Positions 31,201 to 47,244 of a stretch of 64,000 bases of DNA are shown piece by piece (within the stretch, counting starts at the first letter, position 1; each line of letters begins with the position of its first letter). Source of the stretch: Oculina patagonica (lineage: Eukaryota); assembly GCF_052425735.1 (NCBI RefSeq), contig NC_135760.1, positions 24,366,001 to 24,430,000 of the forward strand, written 5' to 3'. The translations under genes and the position numbers were made by a program. A model generated the notes under the pieces. That model had not been told where the DNA came from. It ran no database searches and saw only the letters and a list, made by a program, of their open reading frames with translations.

Positions 31201-34200
31201 TGGAAAAATCTTCCCATTCATCTGGAGCAACAGAGCTGAAAATTTCAACAAATAAAGTAAAGAAATTAATGTTATGCAAAATTTTGCAGTTTGTTGTTAA
31301 CAGATTACAAGCTAGAGAAACCCAGGGGGGACTTCCATATAAAAAGGAAGGGGAATGCATGTTGTCTCGCTTAGATCTAGAGGTATAAATGACAGATTTT
31401 GGTCTTAGGGTATTCACAACAAAACACCAATATTAATTTTGGCCCTTGAGGTCTTGTTTAGGATTGCATGCAAAGAAATGAAACACGCTGTTTTGTTGGC
31501 AGATTTGAACCAATGACCTCTGGAACTATAACTGTACCAGATGGGAGAAGTTGCTTTCATCTGCAACAACAACAAATCTTTAAAAATCATGCCTACATAA
31601 TAATAGATTATTTAACCCTCCAAGTTTTTAGTCGCCATGGTGACTAAAATTTTGGAGCTTGCTACTAAATTGAAACCGAAGTTGCCAGCCTGGCGACTTA
31701 ATTTGAGAAAAAGGATTGAAAGCTTGAGCTTAATTTAGTGACTAAAATTTTTAACTGGCGACCAAACTTGAGCAGTTGGTGGTCAAATGGCCACTAAGGG
31801 AAAAAATAAACTTGAAGGGTTGTTATTATTATAGTATCAACAGCAGCTTACTTCTTTTCCACTTTAACAGCATCTTTGGCAAAACGCAGCCCAGCAGAAG
31901 TGTTTTCTAGTGATGCACATGTGTTGTCAATTCCGTGAGCTTGGAATTTGTCTTTCCTATCTTTATCCAGGTAGTATTTGGCTGACCTCAAAAGCCTGTT
32001 TTGGGAAGAAGAAAAAAAAAGTTAGCAAAACTGTACAGCTTCTGACTTGAAATACAACTGATAAGAAAAACAAGGCATTATTTTTAGGTTATGATTTTGG
32101 TAAGGTGAGGTTAAGTCTGTTAGAGCTTAGTGGCCCATCAGGCTGTAGCTTATCTCAGTTTCTGTAGAATGAAACGACTAGGAGAATTACTACGCCCCCC
32201 TGGATAGGATACTTATCTATCACAGGGTTACCTCGAGCATTAAATTTGCTGGTAGCCATTTACATACTAGAGAAAGGCACTATGAGAGTTAAGTGACTTG
32301 CCCAGGAACACAACACAGATGACCCAGGCCGGGCTTGAACCCGGACTGCTCGATCTGGGGTCCAGTGCACTCGCCATTAGGTCACAATGCCCCCCCTTTG
32401 TGAGAGAGACCACAGTTTATATGTACAAGCCATGGTTATTTTAACTAGCATCCATTTATTTTGTTTGCAGCAACATGAAAACTTCAATTGAAAATTTAGA
32501 ATCTAGATCTGAATAAAAAGCTGACAAAAGAAGTATACTTATTAACTGCGCTGCGCAGTTCTTGCTCTGCATGGGGTTTATTATTATTTTTCGTTTTGTC
32601 GGTGACTTGTACCAAGCCTCCACTCGGTCAAGCTCATGTCACGCGATGTTTAGAAGCTACAAATCAGTAACAAATGGAGACATTTTCTTATTTTTTTTCC
32701 TTTAAAAAGAATGTTTAGTGTGAAATATTTGATTTTGAAGCGTTTTATTTAAAGGAAATTCTAAATTTTCATGCGTCGAAAGAAAAATATATTTCAGCGG
32801 GCCAGAATCTGTGAATAAATACCATTACGTTGGTGTAAAAGAATGTTCTGACATGACAAGTTTCACTTTCGATCGGCTAGACTTTGAGTCACGTAATTTT
32901 TCAAAGCTATTATCAGCTACCTTTCAAATCTTTGCGAATCCATTAATCTTTACTTACAAAATTAAGTGTGAAGTATTTTGAAGCGTTTGAATCGAAGAAA
33001 ATACTAAAATTTCATGCTTTAAATAAATACGCTTTAGCGGGCAAGAATTTACATTTATTTACATTACGTTTGTGTCCTGGAATGTGCTGGCGTTAACATT
33101 TTTTACTTTCACAAGACACTGATCGGCAAGAATCACGCAATGCTCTGGAAGGTTTAAATCTGCTACAAACGGAAACTAAACAAATCCTCTGGTCTAAACT
33201 TATATGTTAAGTGTGAAATATTCGACTTTTTAGCGTTATTTATTTTTGGAGCTGTGTCATCTATGGGATTTCTGAAATCTGATGAAAAACCACTGAGACA
33301 AACATGCCCTGACTTGCAAGGGTTACGTCATTAGTAAATTAATTCCCCGGGGAATTCCCATTCAGCAAAACACAGGTCTAGTGTTCTTCTCAAATTTGAT
33401 TTAATTATTTGCTCCAATATTCCATTTTCGGAGCTGGTTATTCAATCTTTAAACGGTAATTCAAGACAACACTGGATGCTGATTTAAAAGATTTTTTTGT
33501 TTCACGGATCAGGATCGTGGGAATTAAATTTGGCCATCATTTGCATTAGCAGATAAGAAAAATGTTTAATTTCGGATGGAACTAGTCAACCATGAAATGT
33601 AACGCAAGGTGTTTTCCTACCATCTTGTTTGTCAGTCGCAACATTGTTCGACGCAGGTAAAGGGGATAAGGGGAGGGGGTGCATTTTTTGTTCCCCCCAG
33701 ATGGCTTCCCTAAAGTGCTCACGAGACCAGCGCAGTTGTAAGCTCTAAGAGCTCTTGTTGCTATTATTCTACATATTTTAAGTATTTTACCTTATTTGTT
33801 CCGTTGCTTGCTCAAGAGTCCTTTGTAGTAAAGCTTGAACGCCCTCAATCACTTCCACTTCCTACAAACGTTGTGGTACAACATACGGTCAGATTTATGG
33901 CAAGCATTATTAAAGAAATCTACGGAATAAACGTTGTAGGACAGAAGAATCGTATGTTTACCTTTTGAAGCTGCATTTCTACATTGTCATGGACAAGATC
34001 AACTTTCATTCTCCTCTCTCGATTGGCAAGACATTGCTGGGCGATCATAAGCGGTAGTTCTGTGTCGGCTAAAGCTCTTTCTAACCTCGCCTTAAACCGA
34101 AGCATAGTGGAGATTTCATCTTCTGTTTCTTCTTGCTTTTGATCTAATTCCGATTTCCAAAAGTTTATGTCTGTGATACGTTGATCGAGCTTCTTGTTCA

Positions 34201-34375
34201 CATCTAGTTGAGTCTGTCTTGTTCTGACTTCGGTCTCATGAGCGAGGCGAAAGCTTTCGTCTCGAAGTCTTTCGGCCGCGGCGCGTTCGTGCTCGGCGTT
34301 GAAGTATTGAAGATGGTTTGAAGCGTGCCATTCTTCTGGAGTGTATTTTGGAGGAGGCTGTACCAACCTAGCCAT
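28215..34375 (-). CDS. TEKT1: Tektin-1, 5 coding exons
   Basis: Exons 33962-34375, 33791-33861, 31852-31995, 31013-31235, 28215-28571. N-terminus MARLVQPPPKY..EW is typical of tektin-1; tektin nonapeptide RPNVELCRD is in the last exon. Confidence 0.93.
28625..29034. mobile_element. CCCGGGGGGTACTCC MITE
   Basis: TIR CCCGGGGGGTACTCC/GGAGTACCCCCCGGG. Confidence 0.8.
29536..30908. mobile_element. Non-autonomous DNA transposon with about 165-bp imperfect TIRs and AATT TSD (Sola-like), in TEKT1 intron 4
   Basis: AATT|GAAGGGCT.GCTGCA.AAAGGGCGGTAGTGATTTT ... GCCCTTC|AATT; internal TTAGGG/CCCTAA motifs. Confidence 0.8.
31616..31819. mobile_element. piggyBac-like MITE
   Basis: TTAA|CCCT.CAAGTTT...AAACTTGAAGGG; the right TSD is degenerate. 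Confidence 0.55.
32099..32391 (-). mobile_element. tRNA-derived SINE with CORE-like segment
   Basis: Minus strand: A box TGACCTAATGG, B box GGTTCAAGCCC, core TGGGCAAGTCACTTAACTCTC, ACCTT-repeat tail. Confidence 0.8.
32539..33759 (+). mobile_element. Helentron-associated (HINE/DINE-1-like) element in TEKT1 intron 2
   Basis: 5' subterminal IR AACTGCGCTG within hairpin AACTGCGC-T-GCGCAGTT; 3' subTIR CAGCGCAGTT (33728-33737); 3' hairpin AGCTCT-A-AGAGCT; internal tandem repeat of about 247 bp; no TSD. Confidence 0.65.
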
Positions 34376-34552
34376 GTTGCTTTCTTTTCACAAAATGTCC
34401 GTGTTGAATGAAGTAAACTTGCTTTGTAGTTCTTGTTGCGAGGAGTCCTGGAAAACAAGCCGACGTTCCTTAGCAACGGATGTTCGAATCACGTGGGTGG
34501 TTACACAACTTGAGCCGACGAAAATTCAGCGGTTACATATCAGAAAACCAAG
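34376..34552. promoter_or_regulatory. Bidirectional promoter, TEKT1 / 354-aa ORF, with RFX X-box
   Basis: GTTCCTTAGCAAC at 34465-34477; CACGTG at 34490-34495. Confidence 0.7.
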
Positions 34553-35617
34553 ATGGCGGACAATTGTATTCAACTGAGAGAACTCCAAATAAGTGAGAGA
34601 AAATTGCGTTTCTTGGAGTGGGCTTCCACAGATGCAACGGATTCAGACTCGCAAATATCACAAGATAGTATTCCTCTGTTTTTAGGAGCTGATGTACTAT
34701 CTGGGTGTTCCATCGCCGTTTCTAACTTGCCAAGAATGCATGCAAAGTTTTCCAAGCAGGGTTTGGCCGTCAAAGTTAATTTCCCCACCCCCCTACGCCT
34801 GCAAGGTGTTCACGGCTCGGCTCGAGGCGTGTGGTTTTACTCCATTCAAGGACTTTTTAGAGTGTGCTTCGAGTATTACAACCGTGAGGAGCAACTGGAA
34901 TGCATGAAACAGCTTTGCACCACGTGGAAGCTAAGATTTTCAGACCCGCCCTTACAACAAGAAATTGAAATTGGCTTTCAGGGTGGTCCTTCCAAATGTT
35001 TAGCAACTCCTGAACTTTCAGGAGAATCAAGTCCAGCAGAGACATCTGAGTTGAATGACGACTTCAACTTATCAGAAAGCAGGTGTACTCAAAGTCCTCA
35101 AACAGTGGAAATCTCTAATTCAGTTCCCACATGTTCAAGCCTGGACAATTGTTATCTTACACCAAACCTAAAGCAGTACATCGAAGAAATAGTGAGATTG
35201 TTCAAAAATGAAGACCAATGCGAATTTAATTATCTTTTGGAGACAACAATGAGAATTTTAAGGGAGTTTGAGTTTCAAAAGTCACAGAAACAGAATAGAT
35301 TGTCAAGAACACTCTTAGCAATTAGCAAGTGTCTTGGTGACGAATTTAACAAACTACAGCCTGAAATTAACGAAAGAGTTACTGAGTTTAAGAAGAAGCA
35401 CATAACTTCAATTGATAATCTTCCTCCTTCGTCAACCCTTGTAAAAGAATTATTCCCCGAGTGCATGAGGGTTTTACTGTTGAGTTGGATGGGAAGTGAG
35501 AACAGACAAAACATTAACAGCATTGTACAAGTCATTTTGGAACTGGCAAATACAAGTCTTGTATCAGGTGTAGCTCATGTCTTGTATTCCAGGCTGATAA
35601 GAACTGACACAGTTTAA
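34553..35617 (+). CDS. Uncharacterised intronless 354-aa protein
   Basis: Long uninterrupted ORF in AT-rich DNA; start context AAGATGGCGG as in neighbouring genes; head-to-head with TEKT1; no transposase or RT motifs; family not recognised. Confidence 0.8.
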   Translation: MADNCIQLRELQISERKLRFLEWASTDATDSDSQISQDSIPLFLGADVLSGCSIAVSNLPRMHAKFSKQGLAVKVNFPTPLRLQGVHGSARGVWFYSIQGLFRVCFEYYNREEQLECMKQLCTTWKLRFSDPPLQQEIEIGFQGGPSKCLATPELSGESSPAETSELNDDFNLSESRCTQSPQTVEISNSVPTCSSLDNCYLTPNLKQYIEEIVRLFKNEDQCEFNYLLETTMRILREFEFQKSQKQNRLSRTLLAISKCLGDEFNKLQPEINERVTEFKKKHITSIDNLPPSSTLVKELFPECMRVLLLSWMGSENRQNINSIVQVILELANTSLVSGVAHVLYSRLIRTDTV

Positions 35618-35684
35618 AATATGAAGTACAGTACCTACCCTTTGACCCTTCAATCACTGAGCAAGAAGCACAAAACTACCTTTA

Positions 35685-36858
35685 TAGTTGAACCTTGATT
35701 TTCCAGACTCATGGGGACTGGGCTAAATAGTCCGGATATCCTAGAGTCCAGATAATCGAAGGCATGAATATTAATGAGCCAAAAATAAAACTGAATAACT
35801 AAAATGTCAAATGAGAATACATTTAATTGGGTTCAAAATAGCAGTCAGCTGCTGGCTTTAGCCAGCACTCCAGTACTTTGACCACACTTGCCGGCAACTT
35901 TTCACCAAAGATATAGAAAATGTCATGATTTGATCGGCCAACTGAAATCAAAAAGAAATCCCGTTATTCACCGTGGACGACTAAGCATGAAACATGCAAG
36001 TTTGTCAGGACAAACTTTTGCTTGACCATTTTCATGTTTCTTCTCGTGTAAGCAAGATTTTTTTTACCCAAAATCTTGTTTAGTGCAGGTTGTAAAGCAT
36101 TTTCATCTTTTTAAAATTGTACTATAATCACAAAGTTTCTCGAGGAAAAAAGTGAAATTTCAATCAGGAAGAGTTTGTTCTTGAATGTGACTACAGTCAA
36201 CTCTCGTTATAGCGGACACGCTCGGGACTTCGTTTAGTGTCCGTAATAGCGAGAGTCCGTTATAGCGGGGTGTGAGGAAAAAAATGGCGTTAACATAGGT
36301 TAAAAATTATGGGCTATGACGAGCTTATCAACAGTCGTGAAAAGACTCAGTAGTCGTTAGGTATGGAGAATGACAATGGTCGAGGGTTTGAGGGTTTGAT
36401 CTCTCAAAAGGAGTCGTCTGAAAGAAAAGGGCGTAAGCTGAAGTGAAAAAGCAAAGTCTGGTGTACAGCTACTGAAGCAATTGATGCAAAAATAATTATT
36501 GCAAAAGACTTCTGAAGTGTGTTTCGACAAATAGTATTTAACACACTGCAATTTTCTGCAATAATGTTATGTGAGAAGTTCATTGTGTCCGCTTTATCGA
36601 GAGTCAAAACAATAAAATTGTTCTTTTGGTACCACGAAAGTGTCCGTAATAGCGAGAGTCCGTAATAGCGGGAGTCATTTCCAGTCAAACCTCTATAACT
36701 TTCGCCGGGGATCTGAATTTTGTCCGTAATATCGAGCGTCCGTAATAGCGGGGTGTCCGCAAGGCGAGAGTTGACTGTACCGGTAATTAATATTCACAAA
36801 GGTCCGGATAATCAAGAAATCTGGATAATTGAGGTCGGGATGATCAAAGTTTCGACTG
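35685..36858. mobile_element. Old Tigger-like MITE containing a younger one at 36194-36777
   Basis: Inner element TA|CAGTCAACTCTCG...CGAGAGTTGACTG|TA; outer ends TAGTTGAACCTTGAT / ATCAAAGTTTCGACTG|TA. Confidence 0.7.
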
Positions 36859-38030
36859 TAGGATAACAAAGCCAGTTTTTTTAGGTTTTTGTCTTTTTGG
36901 CTTGTGAATGCAGCACGGCTTTTTAATTTAGGGTTAAAGATGAATTCCAGTCCATACTGCACAATCTCGGCTGCAATGTTTATGTGAGCCCACACAAAGG
37001 AATGTTTACAAGCAAAGCTAAAAATTCTGTGACAAACTTACCTTTTTCTTCATAATTAACGCCAGATATCCTTGCAGAACAAATAATAACGAGTAGAGGA
37101 ACCTTGACGCTATTTCAAACCGACGTTTCAGCTCGTCGGAAATTCTTGAACGAAACGAACTGTAATGGCGGACTAAAAAACTTCATGTATGCTGTCACCG
37201 AAGTGTAACGTCTCAACGAATTCAAAACAAAAACGAAAACAAACCCCGAGTCTGCGCAGGTGCTGAATTTGAAATTTGAAGGTCCACAGTTCAATCCTTC
37301 ACGCTGCCACTAGCTGAAGTCCTGAGGTCCCCTTTCCCCCTATGTATATAGCCAACTGGTCAGCCTCTTTGGAACCATTTGCTATTCACATTGTTTGTTT
37401 ATCGTCGCAGACTGTATTTCTAAATTAACACAGTAGTGGTACTGGTAAATACCCTCACACGTAAAGTGTTTTTTTTTCTTGCTCAGTGATCTAAAAAGCA
37501 AATCAGAGGTGTTCGTCACAATCTGGGCACAGTTCAACACAGAACAATGTATTAAACAAATAATAATTTATTGATGGCTTATTCTGTGAACAATAAACAT
37601 GTATTTTCTTTGTACAAAATACTTTACCTCTAATAAATACAGCTTGTCAGTTAGTAGTATATACAACTTAAAATTCAACTTGAAATATATACAATATTAG
37701 AGGGCTATAAGCTTTGTTTCATCTAAACATCTTTTTTTAAGGGATTACCCGTATCTAGATAACCCAGTACTTTTACTTTCAAGGTTTGACTTCACCTGGG
37801 AGGAATTGTATCTTTTAGGGGTAAAAAAAAAGCTTGAGCCATGACCAGATTGGTCTTATTTAGAGGTTTAATTCAAACTTTCTGACGAGCATTCCTGTCC
37901 CTATCATACGCATAGTTAGTGATACGGGAGGTCCCACCCCCAGAACTAAAAACTTGCACAGATGTTCAAACTACTCTCTCTGCTGCGTCTTTGACTCAAC
38001 ATTATTTTATAATATTTACTGATGAACCTT

Positions 38031-38318
38031 TAGAGCGGTTTTCACTTTCAAGAGTGTTGAAAGTAAATTGCGTTTGCTTTGGTTTTGCATAGCTACGCTT
38101 AGTGATTGGCTTAAAAATCTCGCGCCACTTTCTCAGCCAATCAGAACTAAAACCAAAACCAATTGTGACTCACTCGCGCACGTTTTCCCGCGCTTCGTGT
38201 CGGCTACATGTATTTGCTTCGAGTTTAGATTGGTTCACTGGTTTGTCTGTGTCCTTTGTGATTGGCCAGAGTAATTACTTTGGTTTTGGTTTTAAGACAC
38301 TCAATTGAAAACTGCTCT
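38031..38318 (-). mobile_element. CCAAT-rich MITE immediately 3' of the TMEM17 stop codon
   Basis: TIR AGAGC.GTTTTCA/TGAAAACTGCTCT; related to 4080-4297. Confidence 0.8.
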
Positions 38319-38324
38319 GTCACT

Positions 38325-40746
38325 CTACTGAGGCCTGAATCCCACCTCCTCTACCCCATCTTCCTGCATTTCTTGAAGTTCAATCAAGTCGTCAAACTGC
38401 TGTACGTGAAACTTAGAGATCTGCTGTTCAATCATGCTCTTGATTACTCTGTAACCCTGAACTGTCTCAAACAAAACAAACACTGCCATGATGATGTTCA
38501 CTGCTCTCTCCATCGGCATAATCAGCATGCTTTCGTTTAGTAACAACATCAATGTCAGAGGAAGCTGTAGAACTAGTGTCAGAATCCAGAATCCAGCAAG
38601 CTCGGGAACCTATGTTGATAACAAGAACACAGGTCAGGGTAACCCTAGTGATCTGTCTTGCAAATTACTCTCTAACTGGTCAATTAGTTATTTCACATTG
38701 AAAACTCAGAACTAATCAGTTGCTAAAACCTTGCTTACATTTCTCAAGTTTGTATTTAAGAAAAAGAAATCTGTTACATGCCCTTACCAATAAGACGAAA
38801 GCAAGGAGAGTTGGACATGGAGCTGATCCCTTCCCCCCACCCTCACTCCCCCCCCCCCCAAAAAAAAAAAATGTTATAACAACATCCTTTTGTAGTGAAA
38901 AGCTCCTTGTGAACAACATGGTAAGTTTATGGTACAATTGACAAATGTCACACAATATTTCTTTGCTAACTATACTGTAAGTTTTGATTGTTCTACTAAA
39001 CACATCTACGGCTCGAAAAAACTTCAATCTTGTCATCCAGGACTACAAGTAGATTTCCATAGGTCCAGGAAAGTAACTTTTCTTGCCCTCTTTCATGCTC
39101 ACTTGCTTCATGGGCAGGGGACCAAGGAAGGTGTCTGTAATAAATCATGATGTTAAAATAAAAAGTAAGCTATGACTCCGGGGGGGGGGGGACTTGGGTA
39201 AATTTTTGTTGGGTACAAATGTATGTGCCGCTGGCCTCTCAGAACCCCTACCCCATTATAGTCATATTCTATGGCCAATTATAGACCCCATCTTAGTCAC
39301 TTTTGGGTAAATTTAATTTTTACGACCCCAACTTAGTCACTTTCTGGGAGCTGTTTGTCAAATATTGAACAACAGCAATAAATACAGTAACATTTTTTTC
39401 GGCCAATATTTTTGTTCATAAATCACAACTTGCCAGAATTTTCGTACTCTCAAAATCCCGGAAAAGTATGACCCCATTCTAGTCACCCTTTAAAAAATGC
39501 TTGAAATGGCGACCCCATTATAGTCAGTCCAGTCGTGAAAATGCAACCCCATCCAGCGGCACATCCCCATAAGCCCATTTATAGGAAGTGCCCCCCCCCC
39601 CCGGGGCTACGACAACCATGCAGCTGCCCTGGACAGGCAAAATTGAGAGCTGCTTAATTGTGCCGCCGCCCGCCCGGCCCGCCAGTCCTGAAAGGAAAAA
39701 GCTGGAGTTTAAGTTAATTTTCAAGTCGTGCACTAGCTTTGAGTCAACACCTAAGAAAACCAGTGCTTCTCAGAAATTTACCTTTTCCTGAAGATTTCCG
39801 GCATATCCCAAATAGAGCCTGGTTACCTCCACTAGTGCCATGGCAACATAGATGACGATTGTAATGAACTTGTAAACTGAGTCCAGCTTTGAATACTGAA
39901 AAATAATACAATCTCCATCAAAAATGGTGTGCCTTGTATTCTTTATACAAAAGAAATGAATGCTGTGAGACATGCGTGGGCAAATGTTTTCTCCTAAGCA
40001 AACAGTTCAATCTGTAACATTATGAAAACCACTGATTAAATATTAACAAGCTCATTTCTCCCAGAGTTTCTCCCAGTGTCTCACAACTCTCACCCTTTTT
40101 CCATAAAACATGAGAACAAAGGAGTCAACTAGGGACGGCCTGACTGTAAATCTGTGTCACGTACAAATATTTGAAGGCCTACTGTGAAAATAGCAACCAA
40201 AGATACCAATGCATCAGTTACCTTGGCAACAAGCATTACTATACAAGTTGTGTACCAAAATGGAGAAAAATAGACATTAAAGTACAGCGACATCTGCAGT
40301 GCCAAGTTGGATACTATCTCATTCCCTGAAAATTAAAATAATAATAATAATAATAAAATAAACGTTTTCAACCAATCAGGACACAGATCTCTTCAAAGTT
40401 TTACCATTGGTATAGAATAATCCTCTTCTGGTGTACCTGTTTTTTTTACTAGCTCTTCAATTTTGTGCTTACTGGTTGTAAAGTGATAATTCATTAAGCA
40501 GGGGTCATGATTGGCTGCATTAAACATTGGAAAAGATGGGGGCAGGCTCTCCCTTCCTTTTCCCTTCCCCCTATGTTTGGAAAGAAAAAATTGACCAAAG
40601 GAATTGCACTGACAATGAATGTAGCTGACATTAATCTACCAACCTGAAGTGATCATGTGGTGTCTTGGTTGGTTTCGTATCGAGCGTGAAGTGGGAAAAA
40701 CAGTCTCCGTTACTGAGGTAAACGCAGCTCGAAGTGTGTCCGCCAT
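38325..40746 (-). CDS. TMEM17: Transmembrane protein 17 (ciliary transition zone), 4 exons
   Basis: Exons 40644-40746, 40222-40325, 39782-39895, 38325-38609. Motifs NEIVSNLALQMSLYFN and RLYLGYAGNLQEK|VPELAGFW match the TMEM17 family. Confidence 0.93.
39178..39605. mobile_element. CCGGGGGG-ended MITE
   Basis: CCG(G)nACTT...AAGTG(C)nGG. Confidence 0.7.
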
Positions 40747-40826
40747 TTTGTTTTGTTGTCTTCCCAGCATGCAAATCAATTTAGCTATCCCATAACTCTT
40801 TACGCTCTTGCAGTGCACAAGAGAAG
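40747..40826. promoter_or_regulatory. 80-bp bidirectional promoter, TMEM17 / NDUFS8
   Basis: Divergent ATGs at 40746 and 40827; TTCCCAGCATGCA (Staf/ZNF143-like) overlaps the octamer ATGCAAAT at 40761-40776. Confidence 0.7.
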
Positions 40827-45599
<4,773 letters not shown>

Positions 45600-46187
45600 A
45601 ATATGAAGCTATTTGAAAACTGATGCCTAACTTTGTAAAAATTCTAGTTCTGTATTTTGTGAAAACTGCAAAATCAAGCATTTTTTTAATGTTGAATGTG
45701 TAATACCAGTGACAGAAGATGCATCTTACAGAGTGCTACTGAAGTGTGAACCAGTTTAAGGCTGCCTTTTGGCTGCAATTTTTAAGACTGTTACAGCATA
45801 ATTTTACAAGGGTATGTGTAATGTTCTGTTCATTGCATTGTGTTCATCATAGCAGTTTAGCTGTAAACTTGCAGCACTCAATAATTATATATATGTGAGG
45901 TAAATAAAGACGGTTTGTTGATGTAAATGTTGCACTCTTCTTTCGTTTCATTATCACATTAAAACTGAGATAAAGATGGATGACAAACTTTGACACACAT
46001 GCCAAAGGTAAACAATTCCTTTGACAGGAATTTGATAGAAATCAAAGATACCTTTGACACAAATCAAAGTCACATCTCTTGGTACATTAATTACACCTTT
46101 GATAAATGCCAGAGGTGTACTATTGCTGATGAAATAAGAATTTGGATTTTTTTTTTTTTTTTTTTTTTTGGGGGGGGGGGGGGTGGA

Positions 46188-46340
46188 GGGAGAAAAACCA
46201 GAGAACCCGAAGAAACACCCTCAGTCAGAGCTAGGAAATAAATCAACTAAACTCCACCCACATATAGTGCTGGGTCCGGGTTTCGAGCTCCGGCCACACT
46301 GGTAGGAGGCGAGTGCTCACACCACTAAACCACCCCTGCC
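46188..46340 (-). mobile_element. tRNA-derived SINE, 5' fragment
   Basis: Minus strand GCAGGGGTGGTTTAGTGG (A box), degenerate B box, then GGGTTCTCTGGTTTTCTCCC. Confidence 0.65.
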
Positions 46341-47244
46341 CTTTCAGAGCCTAGTGGCTCATCAAATAGGAAAGACAAGTGTTTCACTACATTTCCAAAC
46401 ACCACAAAATAATGTCTTCAAAAATACTCTGCTGCTGACCATACTTACAACTCATTTCAGTGTTTGAAATGTGATGAGCTGTTTCGTGTGTTCACCACAT
46501 CCAACTTATAGAAGTTTTTAATGTAACATTTTATTAAAAAGGTTTACAAATTTTGATTGGAGCAACTGAAAATTGATACAATCCATTTTGAGATGATAAA
46601 AATGTAATAAATACCTGATTGAATGATGTAATGTAGTAAGCATTACTCACTATTTGTAACATACATACATACATACACTTTATTTATACACGGTAAAAAC
46701 ATCAGTTACAAAAATAAAAAAAAAAAAAAAAAAATTTTTTTATTTTTTGCCTTTTATAAAAATTTTCTTTCTTTCATATAAGTACAAATGACTTTTTATG
46801 TACAACTGATAAAAGTGTTGTATTTACAAAAAAAAAAATAATGAAATAGCCTGAATATCAGCTGCCTACTCTTGTTTAACAGTAAGTTTGAATGACTGAA
46901 GGAAGCAGTTGAAATGAAGGCTAAGAAATTATTAGACTAAGTATGAAACAGAGGTTTCTCAGTTCTTGACTTCCCTTGCTCAACAGAACAAAAGACTGAG
47001 AATCAACACAGAAAATTCCACGTAGTGTCTGACTGTTAAATGGTTTTGAAATTTTGTGGGCAAGTAACGACCATCAAAGAGAGCACAGATCTCTGTCTGG
47101 ACAGCAACATCATCAGTATGGAATTTTAAGAGCCTAATCTCAGCATGTTGACATCTCTCACGAGGTGGAAGAATAATATTGAGAAAGAGAAAAAAAGGCT
47201 AAGAAATCATTAAAATTTAAATACAATAGAGGTTGAACTTTCTT

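Noticed and set aside
32320-32391. tRNA-like A and B boxes (also 46270-46340)
   Set aside because: These are SINE heads and do not form a complete cloverleaf; not called as tRNA genes.
37118-37142. CCGACGAGCTGAAACGTCGG on the minus strand, hammerhead-like
   Set aside because: The core is not CTGANGA and there is no room for stem II.
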